Shown: piece after piece, positions 58,792-64,000 of the stretch | Numbering within the stretch: position 1 is the stretch's first letter | Layout of the letters: each line of letters starts with the position of its first letter | Origin: a virus | UHGV virus genome: UHGV-0010228 | DNA: 64,000 bases | Reading direction: 5' to 3' (one strand) | The notes under the pieces: model-generated | The model's input: the letters and a program-made list of their open reading frames with translations, nothing else | What the model was told of the DNA's origin: nothing | The model's database searches: none | Position numbers and translations under genes: made by a program

Positions 58792-61119
58792 GTGAAATAT
58801 ATTGTCATGAATACAACATATGATATCTCACTATCAAGTGAAGTATATGCCAATTTGATAATGACTTTATCAACAGGAATAGTTTGGAAAAATTTATCCT
58901 TGGCAAATACTTATGATAATAAAGAAAATTTATATTCATCCGAAATATTCATTTCCGCCAATAGAGGAATGTTATCATTTGAAATTGTAGATGAAATTCC
59001 AAAAGAAGTATTTATTAATCTGGGATATTCCGATGATTTAGCAACTAAATATTCTTTAAGAAAATCATTAATCCCACAAGAAGAAAGAAATGCTGTAATT
59101 ACAGAATATCAAAAAGCATTATGTACAATAAATCCAAATACTGGAAGACCTGGATATAATTGTCCACAAATAGATGCTGATGGAAATTCAGTTGATAATT
59201 GGGTTGAAGTGTATAGTGAAAAAAATAATTATTATAGAATGCTAATAGGATTGCCAGATTTAGAAGATACTGATTTTGTATATAATACTAAATCTGTAAA
59301 TTGGCCTATGAATGTCCCAATACATGAAATGACATTCGTTCAAAGATTGGAGATAGAAGAGAGTGGATATTTGGATGAGCTAATAAAGCAAAATCCAAAG
59401 AAGAAATATCTTCAGTATGTTGGTTCTAGAATGATTGATCTCTATTCTGCTAGAACTTCTGATAGATTCGATATATTATGGATGAATGATATATCTTCAC
59501 AATCAACTATAAAAGATGAGTTTATTGATGTATATAATAATAATAAAAATCTCGTGAATAGAGTGTATTATACTGATGCATATCGCAAGTATAATACACA
59601 ATATGATTCATTTTTAGCATTATCAATATTATTAATGACAATACAGGTTATGAATAGTAAATATCTTGAGAAAGATATAACAAGAGATTTTTATGATGTT
59701 GAATCTTTAAGAGCAGTTTATGATTCATATGGAGTACCATATTATAATGAGATACCACTCGAATATCATAAACGAATTGTAAAGAATATAAATCATCTTA
59801 TAACATATAAAGGTAGTAATACTGTATTTAAAGATCTATTTAAGATATTCGACCTCGAATCAATGAGTATATATCAGTATTATTTAGTAAAACGTCATAA
59901 AGTTGATGAAAATGGTAATCCTATATTTATATATGAGAAAGATTCTGCTGGTAATAAAGTTTTATCTGATGAAAGTTTTGATTATTCGTTTTCTAAAGTT
60001 AAATTAGGAACTGACCCATCATTAGCAATTGCAGATGAAGCCAATACTATACAATATGATGATATTGTAGAATCAGATCCATACTGGATAGAAGATGCAG
60101 ACTTAAAAAATAAATTAGCATCTGAGGAATTTAATTACAATGAAACTAAATATATAGGTATTCAATCAATATTTGATTTAATGGGTTTAACATATCAGAA
60201 TAGCTATGCTATTAAATTAATTCTAGATAATAAATCTATATTAAAAACTCTGTATATTACATCAAATACTGGTATAAATGCCAGTCTATATGATCTAATC
60301 ATATATTTAGGAGCATTATTCTGTAAGAGTAAAGGATGGGAAGGCGTCATTACTAAAGATTTAGCAACTACAACTAAATATCTTGGATTCAACTATAAAG
60401 ATACTATAAATACTATAAAATCTAAAGACTATTATTGGAAATATATCGAAAAGCATCCAGATATGAAAAATAGATTATTTAACTATATTGATGGTATGAA
60501 TATTACAGCTAGTACTAATGTAGTAAATAATGCAATTGATGTAGTCATTGATCTGAAAAATTTCTTACTTGAAGGAATGAGATCTTCTCAAACCAATGAT
60601 GAATATTTTGTATATCGAGATTTATATAATAGCTTATTAGTCAGTGAATTTGTTGGTGATGCTTTTAATATTAGTGGATCAAAATCTACAACATTTAGAG
60701 AAGTATTATCTAAGAATAATAGTTCATTATATACAAGATATCTCGAATCATCCGAACCTAATATTGAAATGGAATATGTTATAGCCGCAATTGAAAAGAT
60801 GATACCTAATTTATCATGTTTAAGAAATGCGTGCGATTTAGATGTTAGCACATTAACATCTGCACTATTTAAAATTCTTGGATATTTCAAATCTGCTAAA
60901 GCAGAATTGGTTGGATATGATATTGTATATATGATAACTTCTAGAAGTACAACGTTCCTTAGATTAATTGATATAGTTAAAAGAACCGGAAAATATACAA
61001 CGTGGATAAATGAAGAATATCCACTAATTGATAGATTTAAGCATATGATAGATAAGCAGACATTTATTGATAATATGCAAATAATGTTTAGAGATGAACT
61101 TGAAGAAGTTATATTATAA
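58792..61119 (+). CDS. large hypothetical protein (about 770 aa)
   Basis: Start is either the GTG at 58792 or the ATG at 58806 (AGAGAGGTGA upstream). An ATAAATACAT box lies at about 58767-58776. Confidence 0.6.
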   Translation: MKYIVMNTTYDISLSSEVYANLIMTLSTGIVWKNLSLANTYDNKENLYSSEIFISANRGMLSFEIVDEIPKEVFINLGYSDDLATKYSLRKSLIPQEERNAVITEYQKALCTINPNTGRPGYNCPQIDADGNSVDNWVEVYSEKNNYYRMLIGLPDLEDTDFVYNTKSVNWPMNVPIHEMTFVQRLEIEESGYLDELIKQNPKKKYLQYVGSRMIDLYSARTSDRFDILWMNDISSQSTIKDEFIDVYNNNKNLVNRVYYTDAYRKYNTQYDSFLALSILLMTIQVMNSKYLEKDITRDFYDVESLRAVYDSYGVPYYNEIPLEYHKRIVKNINHLITYKGSNTVFKDLFKIFDLESMSIYQYYLVKRHKVDENGNPIFIYEKDSAGNKVLSDESFDYSFSKVKLGTDPSLAIADEANTIQYDDIVESDPYWIEDADLKNKLASEEFNYNETKYIGIQSIFDLMGLTYQNSYAIKLILDNKSILKTLYITSNTGINASLYDLIIYLGALFCKSKGWEGVITKDLATTTKYLGFNYKDTINTIKSKDYYWKYIEKHPDMKNRLFNYIDGMNITASTNVVNNAIDVVIDLKNFLLEGMRSSQTNDEYFVYRDLYNSLLVSEFVGDAFNISGSKSTTFREVLSKNNSSLYTRYLESSEPNIEMEYVIAAIEKMIPNLSCLRNACDLDVSTLTSALFKILGYFKSAKAELVGYDIVYMITSRSTTFLRLIDIVKRTGKYTTWINEEYPLIDRFKHMIDKQTFIDNMQIMFRDELEEVIL

Positions 61120-61133
61120 GGAGGATAAATAAT

Positions 61134-61940
61134 ATGGCAGAAATTATAAAAGATAAGCTTAATTTTAATGAAGGCTTTAGTAAGGGTAAGATAACACATG
61201 GAATCTTGTATGAAAAGACTCATGATGATAATGGAAGAGAGATAATTAAAAAAGTATCCGATAATAGTATCGTATTTGGTGGTGCTATGACAGCTTTAGA
61301 GAAGTTAACTGGGACACAGGCTAAGTTTAAACCTGCAACGTTAAATGAGATATTAGATATACCAGTTAGTGGAGGAACCCCAGGTAAAGAAACTATTGCA
61401 TTATTTGGTGTAGGTATCGGAGGATCAGGATTAGATTGGGGATCAGTTGTAGCTCCTGATATTAAGCAGAGAAATGTAATTGATCAAATCCCATTACGAT
61501 ATGGTAGTGTATTAAATGATTCTGACGCTAATATGTACTATTTAAAGAAAGCTAATAGTGGAGATCCGGGTACATATTCTTGGTATTTAAAGGAATTTAC
61601 TGATGACCCTATCATATCAGCATTTTGGAAGAATGCTATAGAAACTGATGAAGATGGTACTGAAATTACTGGAGAAGTGTTTGATTCTAAATCTACAGAA
61701 GGTATAGAAACTTTCGCAGAATTCCATTTCAATCTTAATAAGTATGATGTGCGCGACTATTTTGAAGCTACTGGTGATTTAACATATGCAAGATACAATA
61801 CATTCGGATTTTATCTTGGTGAAAAAGTTGGTAATGAATATGCAAATGTTAGATTATTCTCTGTAGTTACATTTAAAAATAGAGATGTATCCGAATCTAC
61901 TATATCAGAATATATTTATAGAGTATATGCATTAATATAA
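61134..61940 (+). CDS. hypothetical protein (268 aa)
   Basis: TAAGGAGGATAAATAAT-ATG. Confidence 0.65.
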   Translation: MAEIIKDKLNFNEGFSKGKITHGILYEKTHDDNGREIIKKVSDNSIVFGGAMTALEKLTGTQAKFKPATLNEILDIPVSGGTPGKETIALFGVGIGGSGLDWGSVVAPDIKQRNVIDQIPLRYGSVLNDSDANMYYLKKANSGDPGTYSWYLKEFTDDPIISAFWKNAIETDEDGTEITGEVFDSKSTEGIETFAEFHFNLNKYDVRDYFEATGDLTYARYNTFGFYLGEKVGNEYANVRLFSVVTFKNRDVSESTISEYIYRVYALI

Positions 61941-61950
61941 AAAAATAATA

Positions 61951-61980
61951 AATAGGATAGCCTAAGGCTATCCTATTTAT
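61951..61980 (+). terminator. Terminator aataggatagcc-taa-ggctatcctatt plus T-rich tail
   Basis: Perfect 12-bp stem. Confidence 0.7.
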
Positions 61981-62116
61981 TATATATAATGTAAGAAAAA
62001 GAAGACACACAACTTTCAACTTTTCAGAATTTACATATATGTTTATAAAAAATTTATATCTATATCTAGAGATATTTTAACATTTAGATAATGATTTAAG
62101 GAGGTGATTTGTAATT

Positions 62117-62920
62117 ATGAATTACTTAACTAAATATAGCGGACCAATAATAGATCAAGCATTAGAAAAAGCTCTTAATTGGGAAGAAGTGCCTAATGGA
62201 TTTATAAAAATTTTATCTACTGAATCATCACCATATGATTTAAATACTATAAAAAATCCTGGTAACTATCAGATAGTATATACTACTAATGGACCAAGTC
62301 AAGGATTAATGTATAGACCGATAAATTTATATGTATCAGTTTCCGAAGATGTTACATATCAGATGGTGAGATGCTTTAGTGAATGGTACATGCGTTTCTA
62401 TGATGTTGAACTTGATAAGTGGACAGAATGGGAATTGAGCCAAACTGAAGCGCAGGTTATATTAGATAGTACTGCACCGACGAATCCTAGTGAAAATACT
62501 GTATGGATTGACACTTCTCATGGAAATCCTATAATTAAGAAATGGAATGGTAGTGTTTGGTTAGAGTATTATCCTGATAAGATAATGATGAAGTCGATAT
62601 ATGATAAAAATAATATGAATACCGATTTCTTTGATTATGTCGATAAAGCATTAGCGGATATTGCAGGTGGCGATATTGGTACTATAGTAAATAACCACAT
62701 TAATGATAGTACAATACATGTAACTCAAGAGGAAAAGACTAAGTGGAATAACGCCGCATCTAGAGAATATTTAAGTGATGAAGTATCTGCAATGGAAGAT
62801 CGAATTAATTCTGCACTTGAAGATAAGGTTTCTAGTATCACGAAAAATATAGCAGCAAGTGATTCTATAGATGTTACTAGATTAAAACGAGCAGTTGAAA
62901 GACTCGCTTTATATATATAA
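62117..62920 (+). CDS. hypothetical protein (267 aa), paralog family with the next gene (possible fibre/receptor-binding-type)
   Basis: TAAGGAGGTGATTTGTAATT-ATG. Motif PTNPSENTVWID...KWNGSVW...IYDKNN. Confidence 0.6.
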   Translation: MNYLTKYSGPIIDQALEKALNWEEVPNGFIKILSTESSPYDLNTIKNPGNYQIVYTTNGPSQGLMYRPINLYVSVSEDVTYQMVRCFSEWYMRFYDVELDKWTEWELSQTEAQVILDSTAPTNPSENTVWIDTSHGNPIIKKWNGSVWLEYYPDKIMMKSIYDKNNMNTDFFDYVDKALADIAGGDIGTIVNNHINDSTIHVTQEEKTKWNNAASREYLSDEVSAMEDRINSALEDKVSSITKNIAASDSIDVTRLKRAVERLALYI

Positions 62921-62937
62921 AGGAGGTGTAATTCAAA

Positions 62938-64000
62938 ATGCCTCTAGGAAATTATACAATAAATGGTCAATATAATTCAGAAAAAATTATAAATGGTATC
63001 TTATTTGATAAGATCATATATAAAATATTAAATTGGATGCCTAATGAAGTTACATGGGAAAAGGTTGGATTAGACGAATCTAATCCTTTTGATTTAAAAG
63101 CCTCTAGAAAAATATCTAATGCTTCAGAATTAAAATCTTATGCGGTTTTTAATTATATTAATGGACCAGAAAATGATATATCAAATGCAGTTGTTGGTAG
63201 TCCTTTAAATGTTATATATACACATAAGATCACTACTAGTGATAATAAAATGACACCTTATGAGTTTGCATTTTATAAAAATCATATATATTATAGAAAT
63301 CCAAATTCTACAAGTAATAAGTGGTTAGATTGTGATAATATTGATAGATTTGGCAATGAACGAATTATTATATCCAGAGAACAAATTAGACCAACTAATC
63401 CATCTGGTAATATGATATGGCTATCATCAAATGGAAAGCTTTATATTTATATAAATGGAAAATGGTATGATCCAACTATAACAGATATGATGGATAGAAC
63501 CATCTACGATAAAAACAATCGAGGTGAAAATCCATTTGAATATTTCCATGATAAAATGCAAGATGTATTAAATGAATACAATAAATTCTTAAAGCATAAA
63601 AATAATCTTTTTAAATTAATTCATTTATTAGAAACAGAAAGAGCTTATTATGAAACATTAGTTTCTCAAAAAGATATTCAGAATGCTCTTGATACTAGTT
63701 ATTTCAATAATTATCTAGATAAGATTCAGGAATATATTCAATATAAACTAGATCTTTATTACAATAATGAATTATATGGAAATTCGATATGTTCTTGGGT
63801 TGAAGTTCCACAGTATGTATTAGGAGATAATCACACATATAATGATATTAATGATATTTATTATAGTGAAAATATTTTAGGTATAAAAATAGGCAGTACG
63901 TTATCACTATATAATACATCAAATGATTCATATGATACATATAAGACAATAAGTTCTAGCGCTGCATTTATTGATTACGTGGTAGATAATAATTATTTAT
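62938..64000 (+). CDS. hypothetical protein, paralog of 62117..62920 (3' end beyond the window)
   Basis: AAGGAGGTG RBS. No stop before the window end. Shares PTNPSGNMIWL...NGKWYD...IYDKNN with the preceding gene. Confidence 0.55.
   Translation, partial: MPLGNYTINGQYNSEKIINGILFDKIIYKILNWMPNEVTWEKVGLDESNPFDLKASRKISNASELKSYAVFNYINGPENDISNAVVGSPLNVIYTHKITTSDNKMTPYEFAFYKNHIYYRNPNSTSNKWLDCDNIDRFGNERIIISREQIRPTNPSGNMIWLSSNGKLYIYINGKWYDPTITDMMDRTIYDKNNRGENPFEYFHDKMQDVLNEYNKFLKHKNNLFKLIHLLETERAYYETLVSQKDIQNALDTSYFNNYLDKIQEYIQYKLDLYYNNELYGNSICSWVEVPQYVLGDNHTYNDINDIYYSENILGIKIGSTLSLYNTSNDSYDTYKTISSSAAFIDYVVDNNYL

Overview
The window is AT-rich (about 70% A+T), densely coded, and has no rRNA, tRNA or CRISPR array. 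The gene content looks like a large (jumbo-type) virulent phage of a low-GC, probably anaerobic, spore-forming Firmicute. Read by eye, the recognisable products are: an anaerobic class III ribonucleotide reductase (NrdD); a multisubunit-RNA-polymerase beta-like protein; an SbcD/Mre11-like nuclease and a PD-(D/E)XK-like nuclease; a SpoIIID-like HTH regulator; two tandem lipoproteins; and a 3987-aa virion/tail-type giant protein with a tape-measure-like glycine-rich transmembrane segment and three C-terminal peptidoglycan-hydrolase domains (C39-like peptidase, lytic transglycosylase, M23 peptidase). Most other ORFs are hypothetical. Two genes are interrupted by small ORF-less group I introns that I located from the sequence: nrdD (intron 5841..6156) and the RNAP beta-like gene (intron 39129..39541). 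In each case splicing restores a highly conserved protein motif, and for the RNAP intron in particular the classical P/Q/R/S core elements and a P1 guide pairing are visible. The second system-level observation is a 350-bp run of nine consecutive near-perfect hairpins (3029..3378) sitting in a GC-elevated island where both strands carry 'ORFs'. I read this as a candidate structured ncRNA (alternatively a very unusual coding region). Minus-strand genes are organised as single-gene cassettes: a conserved ~28-nt promoter-like motif (ATATATTATTAAAGTGA followed by ATAAATACAT), then RBS and ORF, then a hairpin terminator. One 36-nt terminator hairpin recurs identically at two distant loci. Other noteworthy non-coding regions are a GC-elevated ORF-free island with hairpin-rich flanks (28.96-31.0 kb), an iteron-like AT repeat block (42.0-42.5 kb) and a 38-bp perfect palindrome in a divergent promoter region (43666..43703). 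All functional calls come from motif recognition by eye. No database search was possible.
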